Assembly (NCBI GenBank): GCA_040954595.2 | Contig: CM082576.2 | Coordinates: 6,761,129 to 6,825,128 of the forward strand | Origin: Balanoglossus misakiensis | Taxonomy: Eukaryota; Animalia; Hemichordata | Direction: 5' to 3' | DNA length: 64,000 bases | Part shown: positions 1 to 12,700 of the stretch, in pieces | How the letters are laid out: each line of letters opens with the position of its first letter | How positions within the stretch are numbered: position 1 is the first letter of the stretch | Notes under the pieces: generated by a model | Seen by the model: the letters and a program-made list of their open reading frames with translations, nothing else | What the model was told of the DNA's origin: nothing | Databases searched by the model: none | Position numbers and translations under genes: made by a program

Positions 1-42
1 TCATCAAAACCACAGGCAAAACAAAATCACACAACCAATTAC

Positions 43-3000
43 CTTGTCAGAGATATGAGGTACATTCACAAGGAGCTGATATGCCATCTCTCTGTTTCCT
101 ACATAAGTATCTGTCAGACATTCCAGGATGCTTTGGACATGAACAGGGGTCCACTGTGATGAGAATGAAAACTCAACTCCTTCTTTCTTGCCTAAAATTC
201 AAAGAAAAAGACTGTACGATTATTTTTAGCCTTTTTACTGTGCATTCCTTCCAAAGATTTTTTCCCACTTTCACCTAAAAGAGAACGTGCAAGACAGTAT
301 GTTTTATGATTCATATTGAACTTGGTGATATCTGTATTGACATTATGAGATGACCAACCAGTAAAATTTGGCAGGAGTTGAGTGAATGAACTCATTCTGA
401 CAGCGGCAGTAGACAATCTTTAATACACTACCTTGCACCAGTCTGAATGTGTCCTGTAGTAACGTCAGTATATTCAGTGTTATCGCTCTTCGAGGATAGC
501 AGGCATCACAGTACATGCTGCTGAATGCAAAGGCAAACAGCCATTCTAGGAATTCCTATAGTGTAGCAAAAAAGAATTGTCAACATTATGTTAAAGGGAA
601 AATATCGATAACTTTTTTACATTATTATTTTGTTCATTTCATTTTCACGTTCCTTTTTGCAAGGTTAAATTTTACAGCAATTTTTCTGACCCACATGAAG
701 AGAACAATTCAATTAAACATTTTCTTGCACCTCTCTCACCTTATAACTTGTTAGCAGGTTCTTGGTGTCCTCTTTGTGCCTCTGTTTCCATAGCAACATG
801 CCTCCTTCTTGTATCCTTGACAATATCTTTATTTTGGAAAAAATTACCAGAAGATTAACTGGCACATGAAATCACATGAAATCGACAATGGGAAATCAAA
901 ATCTGAGTTGAATTCAGTGGGAGCGTGCGTTAACATCTGCATTATTGAAGTCATGGTACATGTATATGCATGGGTGTTGTTGTATCACAATCGACCAGTA
1001 TTCACCAAATTTAATGACCTTTTTGATGTTGGACATGATGCAATGTCTGGTGGCAGCTGATTGGTTCTTTACGTTACACTCCAGGTACAGTTGAATCAGT
1101 TGGAAGTCGGTGCCGGTGAAGACTTCTGTTGATTTGGGAGAGTCACAGATCAGGCTCAGAGCTTGGAGGGAAATCTGGGTATAACAAAGTGGGAAAAGAC
1201 AAATGTCATGACAGTCATTGTTAGTATATGAGGCTGATCACCATTGACACATCATCACATGTATTACACTGTCTTCTTGCACTTCTGCAGAGTACAATAA
1301 AACTCAACAGCAGAAGTTACTAGTACCTGATGATCTTGATGACAGATTGCCTGTCTGAGTAACGACACAGGTATAACACCATGCCAGCTCTCAGCATCCC
1401 CGTTGCATTCCCTGCCAAGCAACCCTTGACTGCGTGCAACTTTCAAACAAGTAATCATGACTGACAGGTGTGTCTCTTGGGGTGACGTCTGTAGGCTACT
1501 GATGATGTATTCCAGTGATTCGGGGTTGTTTTTCAGTAGCCTTGGCAACAGGTACTGTAAGAAAAGATGAGTAACAAGCCATCACTGACAACAGTGTTCT
1601 CACCAGCTGTCTCTGATAGTATTATTTGTAATAATTGGAATTTACAATTCCTAAAGTTCAGATTCCAACAACAGAACATATATACCATACTTACCTGCAC
1701 TAGCAATGTGGAGCCTAGTTTACTGGAGTTGAGGATTTTCAAGACAGGGGGCAGCCATATTTGTTGCCATGTTTCATGAACCTGACGGCCATTTTTCGAT
1801 ATCTTCTCTGTTTGTTGTTTGTGTGATTGCAATAGCTTCTCGTACAGGTCGCTTGCCTGGGAACGATGTGGATATGAAATTTTATTTAGTTTTATTTTGA
1901 TGCACCATTGCAATTTCTTGTAAGTGTGCAGAAGTTCAAACCAGGGTTAAACAAGGAATACAGTGTGACACTGTGAAAAGACAGACATACAATGTCTGAT
2001 GGCTGTCACAAAATGACTTGGACTTTGGGTGTACTTACATATGGTGCTGTTGTCTGTTCGTCCATGGCACTCAGTACATCCTCTGGCATTGTGGGATGCA
2101 ACTCCAGGATCCTTGAGCTACCCAGGTAGGTCACCATGGTAACCAGAAAGCTGTACTTGCCCCTGACATGCCAGCTGTTGGACATCAACTGATGGAATAC
2201 ATCCAAGATGAAGGCATCATCTGCGATACCCTGATCTGCCAAAACAGTAGAAGCAAAAACATTGTGTGTGTCTCTGGATGTTTGAGCAGGCCTGATATAG
2301 GTCACAAATGTACAAGTGCATTAAGCACCAGTACACTCCAGACATGTTGCATTGTCATATTCTTTTGGCAGAAAAAAGAGATGGATAAAGTGAAATAAGT
2401 GTGTTCATAGCTGTATGGCAGCTGCTTCATGAGTATTGACTGAGAGGTAAAGTTTGTCAATTCCAACCTACCTTTACCAGCCACAGCAATGTGCATTTCA
2501 ATCATGTTTTCGAAAATGATTTTCATTTGGTAACGCATTCCCTGAAAAGTGAAATATATAACATCAGAAAAACACAGGGTAATTTCAAAGCTGTATCTGG
2601 GGGAAAAAATCGATAAAAACACTCTGTTATTTGTGCACAAACAAGTTATGTCAAAAGAATTTAAGTAACATTTTTGTAAGTACATCGTACAGAGTAACTG
2701 TACCTCTATGGCATGTTCCCAGTTTTCCCACACATAAGCCAGTATTTGCTGTGACACTGACCCATAGCCTGATAAAGACTGTCTGAGCTCATCCTGAGTT
2801 GTTTTCTCCAGAGCTTGTCTGGCTGAATGAGTCCAAAGGGTCAGTGTTCTTGAAGCGGCAAGGATGGAGTAACTGTCTGTCAGGCTGTAAATGTGATTGG
2901 ACAAGAAAGACATATTCAATCTGCATTATACATTAATTACAATGGTTAAAGATGAACATCTATCTAATCCAATTGTCATTCTGGGATACCTTGCCCAAAG

Positions 3001-6000
3001 CAATCTTTTTTTCATGTTTCCATACTTTCAACCAAACGCTGCTGTACTATGCTTTTGATAAATAATACTCCACAGAGCATTGCAAGCACCAGGTGATATT
3101 TGAAAAAAAATGGTGAAACAGAATCACCTGGGTTCACCTATTTAATACCATATATATTTTGGTGGCTTTATATATGTCTAGAATGTCCAAGGCAAAAGAA
3201 GTTTTCTCACCTGCTCTGCAACATCATGATTTCAGCGAACATGACATCCAGAAGAGTAGTGTGAGGGCTCACTTCACAGACCAGACTGTCAACATCCAGC
3301 ATAGCCAGGACACCGTGACAGATACACAACTGACAATACTTAGTCAGCTGATTCCAACGAATACCACTGTTCATCAGTTGCTCTTTTATTTGCTGTTCCG
3401 GTTTCTCTAAACTTGAAGCGTTCTCAGTGACGCAGTGGGGTAGCAAAGATTTAGTAATCTGTTGAAAAGGAAATTCTTGGCATAAATTTTAAAAGAAAAT
3501 AATTTTTTGTGTTAAAAGTACAAATGCAATTCCTGAAATTAATGTGATATAAATATATATTTTATACCTACATTCAACAATGAAAAGTAAAACACTTACC
3601 AGGGCAGTGACATTTTCAGAACCGGACATTAATTTCAACAGGGCCACCAAAGTCATACCAGCAACACTCTGGCAATTTGTTGTAAAAGTACCTGAAATGA
3701 AGGAAAAGGTAAAATTGTGTAGTGTAAACTGTTTAACGCTGCAAATGTAATGGATACTTGTTTTTTGTTGGGAAAAAAAACGTGTGAAATGTAATGTAAG
3801 TACTGTATTGCATTTGAGTACTCACTCTGTACCAGAATCTTAGAAACTGCTTTGACCAATTCAGTGACGGAATGATGGCAGTGGGTAGCAGCACTAGACC
3901 GCTGGTCTCCATGGAAACACTTCTGCAACACAGTGATGGTGGTTTTCATGACGATGTGACAGTTCTGCGTCAACTCTGTCAACTCTGTCGGAGACTCGCT
4001 TTCACTAATTTTAGAAAGAACATTTACAGTTAGAATAATGATTCACTCTGATCAAAAAAACATCTGTGATAGACTCTCTTGAAAAAAGAAGATTGAAGAT
4101 CAATTGCTCATTGGCTATCAAGGTGTTTCTTTTCTTTGTAAAAAACATCACCTGTTTCAGATTGCACCATTTGCAGTAACCAAGCTGAATAATCTAATAA
4201 CAAATCAAACCACACTAATCATGTGATAGCCAAAGTTATTCTGTGAGTGTCTTTCAATGATTCTCAACTTACCAGCATGCATCCACAAATGTTGCCATCG
4301 AAATGGACAAAAATGTCAGCACTGAGTGGATGAAAGCAAAAAAAGGTAGGCAAAAAGTTATCAGAATATACCGGTACCGATATGAAAGGGTTTACTCTCC
4401 AAAAACAACAATATAGTAAAGCACAAGTATAACCACTATGCAGTGTATGGTAGAGTACTACTTGATGTTATGTGTCAGCTCTGTTTACAAACAGCTTTTC
4501 TACTCAACCACCTTTCAATATTTCAATCAGATAAAAACTGTATCAATACACACGGCATCGGAAAGTAAACTCAGTATGGATGAACATGTCATTATGACCC
4601 AAAAGCCTACCTGACTCATTGACAGATGTCAGCATCAATTCACCAAGTGGCCAATTCTCCAAGTACGACGCTATCAGATCAATCACGTGTCGATGAAGGT
4701 CAAGGTCATGGTCGCGACGGGATGCCTGACTGATGTACCTCTGGAGACAGGCAGGAAATTGTTGTATCAAAGTGGGATGATACCTCTGTGGCAGACTCTG
4801 CAAGGTACTGGATGAAAGGATGGAATTTTGAACATTCTGAGATTCATCTTTATTTAGAAAGAGTAAAATGTTGCAAAATGTGTACGCTGATTCTTGCATG
4901 TTTCCAAAAACTCTGTCATACATCCCAGTAACATCTTCTGGTACGTGGAAATCATCGAACATATTGCGTGTAGAATATATGGTCCCCAGGAGATTACAAT
5001 GATGCTATCATGCTGGAACCTTACCTGCTTATCATTCTCCTGACTGGGTTTCTTGTTACTGCGCCATGTATTTCAGCCAAAACACTGACATACACAGTAA
5101 AGGAAGTCTCACCAATGACACCAATACGGTCACAGTATTTTCTCAGAGCAGTGCTAACCTGAATAGAAAATACCAAACAAAGTCATCTATGGTGTCTATT
5201 TTACTGGTATGATTTAATGTGCAATGAATGAATGAATGAATGAATGAATGAATGAATGAATGAATGAATGAATGAATGAATGAATGAATAATGGCAATTC
5301 GTGCCATATGTTTCATAATTAAGTGATCTTATTTTCTTTATATATATGTGTGGTGCATAAAATACCTGTGACAATGTCTTCATATACTCTGCCAGGTGAT
5401 CAGTTTCTGGATTCAGACAATGATTCAGCAACTCTGGCAATACAGAATCATCGCCATTCACTGTTGTCAGCAGACCTGTGAATAAGCAAAAGAACACGTG
5501 CCAAACAACTTGAAAATGTCCACAAATAATATGCCAAGGAGGCTGCTTGAGAAACAAACATATGATGGGAATTTCATTTTTATTTTTTTCCTTAAGTCCT
5601 GCAGGAAACTGCATAAAACTAAAGAAAGGGATAACCGCTTGATTTCTGGGGGTGGATGAAGGATCTCAAAAAACAAAATTTGTTGGTGCTGAGGGGAATG
5701 ATTTTTTCTGTAATGCCCTGAATTAAACAATGGACTGGCGATAGAAAAAAGGCTACCGTTACTGTAACTGTCAGTGGCTGAAGAAATGTTGACATACCAA
5801 AATCCTTCACCAGCCCCCCCCCCCCACCGAAATCAAATGGTTCTCCCCTAACAGAGGCCAGCTGTAGCTGTAGAATCACATCTGTTTGTTTGTGTGCGTG
5901 TGTGTGGGGGGGGGGGGGTCAAGACTACCCCCCCCCCCAGAAGTTACACTGGCAACAGCTGTTTCCACAACTACGCTAATTTTCCCCGAGGCGCCAGCTG

Positions 6001-6164
6001 GCATAGTAGTGGAATCAAAGCGGGGGGGGGGGGGGGGGAGAGAAATGTACATTCAGCCGCAAACTTCTTTCGCTTTTACCTGTTAGCTGCAATTTGGTCG
6101 GTTCATCGATGAGATCCTTACGAATGTCAAGACTGCCCGAGGCTCTGTTAGCCTTTGGTTTCAT
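43..6164 (-). CDS. THADA: THADA (thyroid adenoma-associated / Trm732-like armadillo-repeat protein), 5' part; multi-exon, continues beyond the left edge
   Basis: Seen: ATG at 6164-6162 (MKPKANRASGSLDIRKDLIDEPTKLQLT), first exons 6080-6164 and 5366-5475, and phase-consistent GT-AG exons down to a donor at 42-41. Recalled similarity to THADA: [105 protein letters not shown]. Confidence 0.85.
5223..5289. repeat. (AATG)n microsatellite, about 16 units, in a THADA intron
   Basis: Perfect tandem AATG run seen directly; it explains the FIHS repeats in the ORF track. Confidence 0.97.
5626..5851. mobile_element. MITE-like element with degenerate terminal inverted repeats, THADA intron 1
   Basis: Left end aagggataaccgcttgatttctgggggtggatgaaggat matches the reverse complement of the right end, taggggagaaccatttgatttcggt(g)n ctggtgaaggat. 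No coding capacity. A PIF/Harbinger affinity (GGG-start TIR, TAA at the right flank) is inference. Confidence 0.55.
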
Positions 6165-6740
6165 CCTAAAGCAGTAGAAAACTGTCGATTCCAAGATCGA
6201 GGAGTGCTCGAGTGTGTCGTGTAAACATAAACCGCGTCGGACGCTAACTTTTGAGACCGGTCTATAATGTGGTCATTTAATGATCGATGGTATCATTTGT
6301 GTCGTTTGTGGGTTTAGTGCGATTAGTTAAAACACCTGAAGAAGAATAAGAGCTTGATTGGGGTCCACGTCGCTTTCTAACAGGTTTTATTCAGGAAAAC
6401 AAATAACACACAACTTTTGCACAGTGCGCTGACATATTGGATCCGCAGGGAATGATGGGAGTTATGTATGTTGGGTGAACTCTTGGTGGCGCACTTGAAG
6501 AGGGATGTTGATTGATGATGTTGATCCAGTCGTAAAGAAATTGAGATTCTGGATCGCATCTTCTGGAAAAAAGCAAACATTCAAAGGGGTTTTGACGGAT
6601 ATTAATTATAGTGCAACTCATAAACGATGTCGTAACCAGTGGTGCTGGCCTGCAGGTTGGCATCGGCTAGCGTAGTTATCAACACAGATTCATGAACCAA
6701 CGACAGCAGAGAGCAATCACGATCGAGAGAGTGGCACAAG
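6165..6740. promoter_or_regulatory. Bidirectional promoter region THADA <- -> UNC79
   Basis: Only 576 bp separate the two divergent ATGs, and the stretch is locally CpG-rich relative to both gene bodies. Confidence 0.7.
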
Positions 6741-9700
6741 ATGTCTACCAAATCAGAGCAATGTAAGTACCTCGAACGAACACGATCGTTATAAGAAGCA
6801 GTTCGTAAGTCGAACAGAACAAATGCTTTCTCCCAGTTTTGCAGTTTAGGAATATTTCGTAGGGATGATCATTTCCTTCGGTAAATGTAATCAGAAAGCG
6901 TTTCACAGGAATTGGTTGGGGAAGAAATTTAATTATATGAAATAGATTCAGATTGCATAATTTATGCCATTATATCAGATTCAGAATGAAAGCCTTTTGC
7001 AATTTTGGAAATAAATGTACAGTTGGTGTGTGGATAACATCGCACTGATATTTTGCATGTACTATAAAATGCTCTTATATGTAGATCTCCAGTGCCATAA
7101 CATCTGAAGGAAAATATTTTCAAAACCCCTGGTCTCATTATAAAATGTGATGAATTTATGGCAGGTGTTCTCTCACACCAAAGAATTGAGGGATCTGATG
7201 TGATTATGTGAAGATGTTTTGAGATCCCCTGTTGGGTTTCAGTATGTTTCACCACTAAAATCATATTTTTCTTCTATTAATTGCGCATTATAATGAACAT
7301 GATCTTAAACTTTGACTCAAACATCGCTTTCATGGCTACAGACCACAAAAACAGAGGAGGTTTGCACAATTTTTACTGTTGTATGGAATTGGCTGTAACA
7401 CTATTCTTTTGTTTTTCTTCAGTTTCAGCCAAAATTCGTACTCTTCATGACTACCAAAATCGCTTGCTTCACAACATCAATCCTGTTCCCATTGGCAATG
7501 AGATTGCTAATACTTTGAAGTATTTCACGCATACACTTAGAGGGTAAGTCCTACATCATCAAGTGGCACCATGGAATTTTGTTTTGAATTGAAAATAAAG
7601 ATTCTTGTGACCTCGATTCAATAAAAATGATGTGTGAGGGCGCATGCAATCTCACCCGAACATTTCAATTCATTTGTCCGCAGGATACTCAAAGATGCAC
7701 CATCGCCTACAGAAGAACAGCTCAGTTACAAACGGCGTACCAACCGGCGCCTTCAAAACTTCCCAAGTTTGGACTACTTTGGTCTGTATGGAGCCCTGGT
7801 CAATTTGGTCGACATTGTGCCTTCAGTGCAGTATGGCCAAAGAGGTCAGTCAAAATCAAGTGTGGACATTTCGTCTGACTGCATTGATAGAGAATTTCAA
7901 ATTTGAATGTGCAGAAATGTGGAGTTCTCCAAAGAACTTGTCCGCAAAAGTCAGTTTGAAGAATTTGGGCAAGATTTTCAGCTTCATGCATTAAACATGT
8001 AATCTTCAAAAATAATGAAATATTGCACAATAATTCATGAAGATTGTTTAATTTCAGATGTCATCTCGCTGAGCATAAATTATACTCTGGCATTTACAGC
8101 AAAATTGTACTCACCTTGGCTGTAATTTCAGGCATATTTTTTTTCTGTAAGCAGATCTTGCTCAAGCCATTCTGCAGTCCTTTGCTTGCATCATAGCATT
8201 CTTGGAAGCTGACACATTGGACACTCTTCCATACACCGTGGCTACTACACTCTCCCTGTTTCCATCATCGCTACCCAAGAACATCGTGCAACTCCTGTGT
8301 CAAACATTTTTGCCATTGACATTATGTAAGTTGATAGATTCACTTTTATTTACTCAGTTTCCAGAGTTAATTTACGAGTTGTCTCCCAGCAGTAAAGACA
8401 AAAAGTTATTGACTGCTGGCTTTGACAGAAAACTGCAACTAATGCCACACACAAATGACAATGTTGAGATACGAGAAGTATGTCTGTTCATTATATATAA
8501 TTAGTCAGAATGTCGGGATTGGAACATTGTAATTATACTAAATATAAACTTTCATGGTAACATCATAAGTTATTGTGAGACCATGGCTCTTCTTGAGATA
8601 AGAACTACGAGTCTTCTTAGTCTTGAAATTCTGTTGCCATATATATTCATATGAGCTTAACAAATTTGCATGCTTCTATCACCAGATGACAGTATGCTTT
8701 ATGAAGACCAATCCTACGCTGTGATGTCGTCATCTGCTGTACTCATGTTGGTCTTACAACACACTTCTAACAGAGGTACGTTTGACACCCAATACATGTA
8801 AACTGTCACAGTGGTATGCAGTTCAGACTACCAGAAAGAAAAAAATATTTTTTCCCTCACAAAATTGCCACATGGATCACATCAATGCGAAGTATATTAT
8901 CTGTTATCTATTGATTGGCAGCATTATACTGAGTCTCTTTGATTTTGATACTACTTTTGTTTTTATTTACAGCTTGCCACGCCCGAATTGTTGAGTGTCT
9001 GTTGACGTACAAGGAGAATGTATGCAAGGTAATGAAATTAAAGCATCATATCATTATATACATCTATATGCTGTGTTTCAACCAGAATGTGGGATTTGCG
9101 CATTTTGTCAAAAACCTGTGCAGTATCAATTCTGTGAGAATTTTGTCACAACCTGAGTATGGGACTTGTATATTGCAGGATTTGCTGTGTGTGATTGCAT
9201 ATGGTCCCCAGACTGCCAGAAAACCGGCCGTTCAGCTCTTGTTCCACTACTGGCCATCATTAATACCACCCCTCACAGAAGTCAGGGATTTCAAGTATGT
9301 AGGTAAGTCTGGAGGAGATGAGAATCTTTTTTTTTTAAATCAACACTGTCATAGTTAAATATGTTTCATGGCATATGTTCACAAAAAGTGTAATTTGAAA
9401 GTGGAATGTTCATAACTGATAAATCAATAATGTTGAGTATATCAAATCTGAACAATACATACATGTACATGAATTCTATCACATCTTTTTTTAACAGCTT
9501 GGGACCCTATCAAATGTCAAAGTACGAAATGTGTGAACCAAGAGAACAATGCAGCTGTAAAGGTAGGACCAGTATGAATTACTTGTACAATCATTATTGA
9601 TAAAAAAAATCATTTTGACCGATCAGTGAAAATTAAAATTCACAATAGTTATCTAATGATCAGTTGACTACTTTTATGAAATGTATTTTTCTTGACATGA

Positions 9701-12700
9701 AACTTTGATTGTAATGTGGGGAATTTTTCTTTCTTTTCGCTCTTGCTCAGATGTGTATGGACCCGTCAGTGGCTGCCCAGTACAGCGAACAAGTGCCACC
9801 ACTCTATGTGTGTATGGACTGCAGCGAATACATCAGCAGGTAAAATAACAAACATGGATTTATACATGGCCCTGCTATCCAGCATAGTGGCAAGTCATAT
9901 TTTGAATTCAATCAATGCAAAGAAGAGATTAGTTTTTAATTGTATCGTGCATTACAATCGACTGTTTCAGGGAAATCTATAAACCCATGAGAGCTGTTCT
10001 GCTGCCACAAGAGCATGTCTCCAAAGTCTGTGAAAATAAGGTGAGTGCGGTTCCTGGCATCGTCGGCATGTAATTCCTTTTTTGGATCTAGACCTTTGAA
10101 AGTTATCGAAAAAGCTCACTTTGGACGCAACTTGCTATTTCAGCAGAATTGTACCTCGTTGGACAAACTGGCAGTGGTGACGTGCTACGACAGTGACTGC
10201 GCCAGTTACCACGGCAACAAAGCGGTGAGATACTGCCAGAACTGCCACGTGCACCAGCACGGAGAAAACAGCACTCACGTGATCCAGGGTCTTCCGCCGG
10301 ATCCATGGAATTGCCCCCTGGAAGAGCAGAGTTACATGGTGGAGAGTGTGGTCAGGTAGGCACAGATTGTATGTCCAAAACATTTTCTACCGGGTAAACC
10401 TTTATGAGGAAGAGAGGCCTGTGTACTTGTCAAAGTATCATTTACATGCATTGGATAGTTGAACTAAATCTTTTCTTGCCATGTTGTTGGACGAGTTCAG
10501 TTGAAAGTTGCGAAAAAAAAAGGCTGAGCTGAGCTTCCTGTCTCTTTGTCACCACCAGTCTTCTGAAAGAAGCCCAGCCATTGGACGAGAGGAGGGTCTA
10601 CTCCATGGGCGTGTCGCCCTCCTCCCAGTATTCAACACGCAGCAGCACTCCGCACGCGCAGCACACCATGAACAACGAGGAGCTGGACAGCCAGGAGGAA
10701 CTGGAAGGCGTCCGCATCCTCAGTCGCTATGGCGTCTGGATGTTGGTGGAGAAGTGTACGCCGGCCGAGAACACCCCGATGGAGGTCTTTGGTCGGATGC
10801 TCAGTATGCTCTTCCATTGGTTTGTGTCTACAGCTCGCCAGGTGGGCGGTAAGTGAAAGTATACCTCTGCAGGATTTTGATTTTTTTTTTATCAAACAGC
10901 TTGTTGAGATATTTCACTCAATGAATCCTTGGCCAGTTTTTTTCCAAAAAGAGACTTCAGAATGTACAGTTTCAGCAATGTATGAAGCCATGCTCTTTTT
11001 TCGCCTTGACAGATGACGCTGGCGTGGCTTTGGAACAGCTGAAACCAGAGTACCTGGCCAACTGGTTAATTGGACTCAGTCACAGCCATTTTGATGTGTT
11101 TGCATCCTGCCTGATTCCGCACCCACCGGAGTATGCCAAAGTGGGTGGACACTGGTAAGTGCCATTGAATATTCCGCACACACAAGGAAGTGGTCTTTGG
11201 GAAGTGCTGTAGATCTCCCCACAGCATTGGCTAATACAGGCTGATCTTTTAAGTAGTGTACTGTATGTATTGTTCTGAATCATGTGTAAAATAATTGATC
11301 TACTGTTGTATGATTATTTCTTTTGAAATCATCACCACACAGGGAAACTCTGTCTGGCACGTTAGTTCAGCTGGACGAGGGCATCAACCGGATTTTAGCT
11401 CTGACACCGTACAATATTATAAGTTTTGAGGTGAGTGAAATCTAGAATTGGCTAATTCAGGCCATTCTTGCCTTGTCCATTCAGAATGTGCTGAATGCAG
11501 GCTCCTGAAACCAAAATTGTAGTCACCACAAAAGCAAAATGTTATGCACAGTAGTCATATTGATATTAATATATTTCGTTTTCTCAAAGGTATGGGATTT
11601 CATCATGCCACACTGGATGGAAGCTATCAACGCTGACACCTCAGAGGAAGACTTGCCGAAGTTACAGGACTCTCTACAGAAACTGTTGGCAATCGATCTC
11701 TGTCCGTTACCGTTCTCGACAGAGAAGATGTTTGCATTCATTACCAGGAAGTTCGAAGATACTGCTGCTGAGGAGCAAGAGCAAGGTCTGATCTGGTTGC
11801 AGGTATGGCCAAGACTTTGTGTTTGACCTTGAAATCATGTGATTTAGGTGTGAATCATCTCAGTTACAGGGGGAAATCTGATTCATAGGCATACCTTACT
11901 CATAGTTTTGGGTTAAAATGACAGGCCCTTGAGGAAGCAGAACTGCATGTACTTCTACTGATCGTTCCTGACCAAATATTCTAACATTTTTACGATCTGA
12001 TAATAATATTGATCGTCTGTCTATATCCAGATATTGTCCCAACTGGACATTGTGATTCCAGTGCAGCTGGTCCTGACCATGTTCAGCAAAGGGGTGAGCA
12101 GCATTGCAGCCATTGGACGACTCTCCTACTTTGACTACCAGAAATCCAAAGGCAGTGACAGCACCAATCCGACCTACAAGCGCAACCAACCGGAAACGTT
12201 GAAACTCACCGGCAACGAACTCAAGGTGTCATGCTTTGTGATGATGCTGGACTTGGTTCTGAAACAGGTGAGTTTCCACTGCAAAGTCATCAAGGTATGT
12301 TGTTTGCTGATTTATTTTAGAATCGATCATTGAAGCCGTTCCCACAAATGTTTTATCTTTGCAGAGTGAACTCCAAGAACTCCCCTTTCACCAAGGTATG
12401 GAGGAGACCCTCTCCAAAGATATCATCTCCCTACTCTGCCAAATGGTGGCGGTAGACTGGCACGACGACCACCGTTGCAACCGTGACGACCGCGTCAACT
12501 GCACGCTCTGCGAGATGTCGGCGCTGTGGTACCAGTTGGCGCTGGATCTGATCACGTACATAGCGCCCCGGGAGGAGATCAAGATTTCCGAGCTGATGGA
12601 GATCAACGAGAAGAAGCTGGAGCACAGCATCTCGGAGGCGTTGAGTTCGAAGTCGAAGAAGAAGAAGGACAAAGAGAAGAACAATCCGGGTCACGAGAAA

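Noticed and set aside
1200-1262. C/D-box snoRNA in a THADA intron (GTGATGA on the minus strand)
   Set aside because: No properly placed CTGA D box or terminal stem.
6630-6650. RE1/REST site upstream of UNC79
   Set aside because: Only the GTGGTGCTG half matches; the GCTGTCC half is absent.
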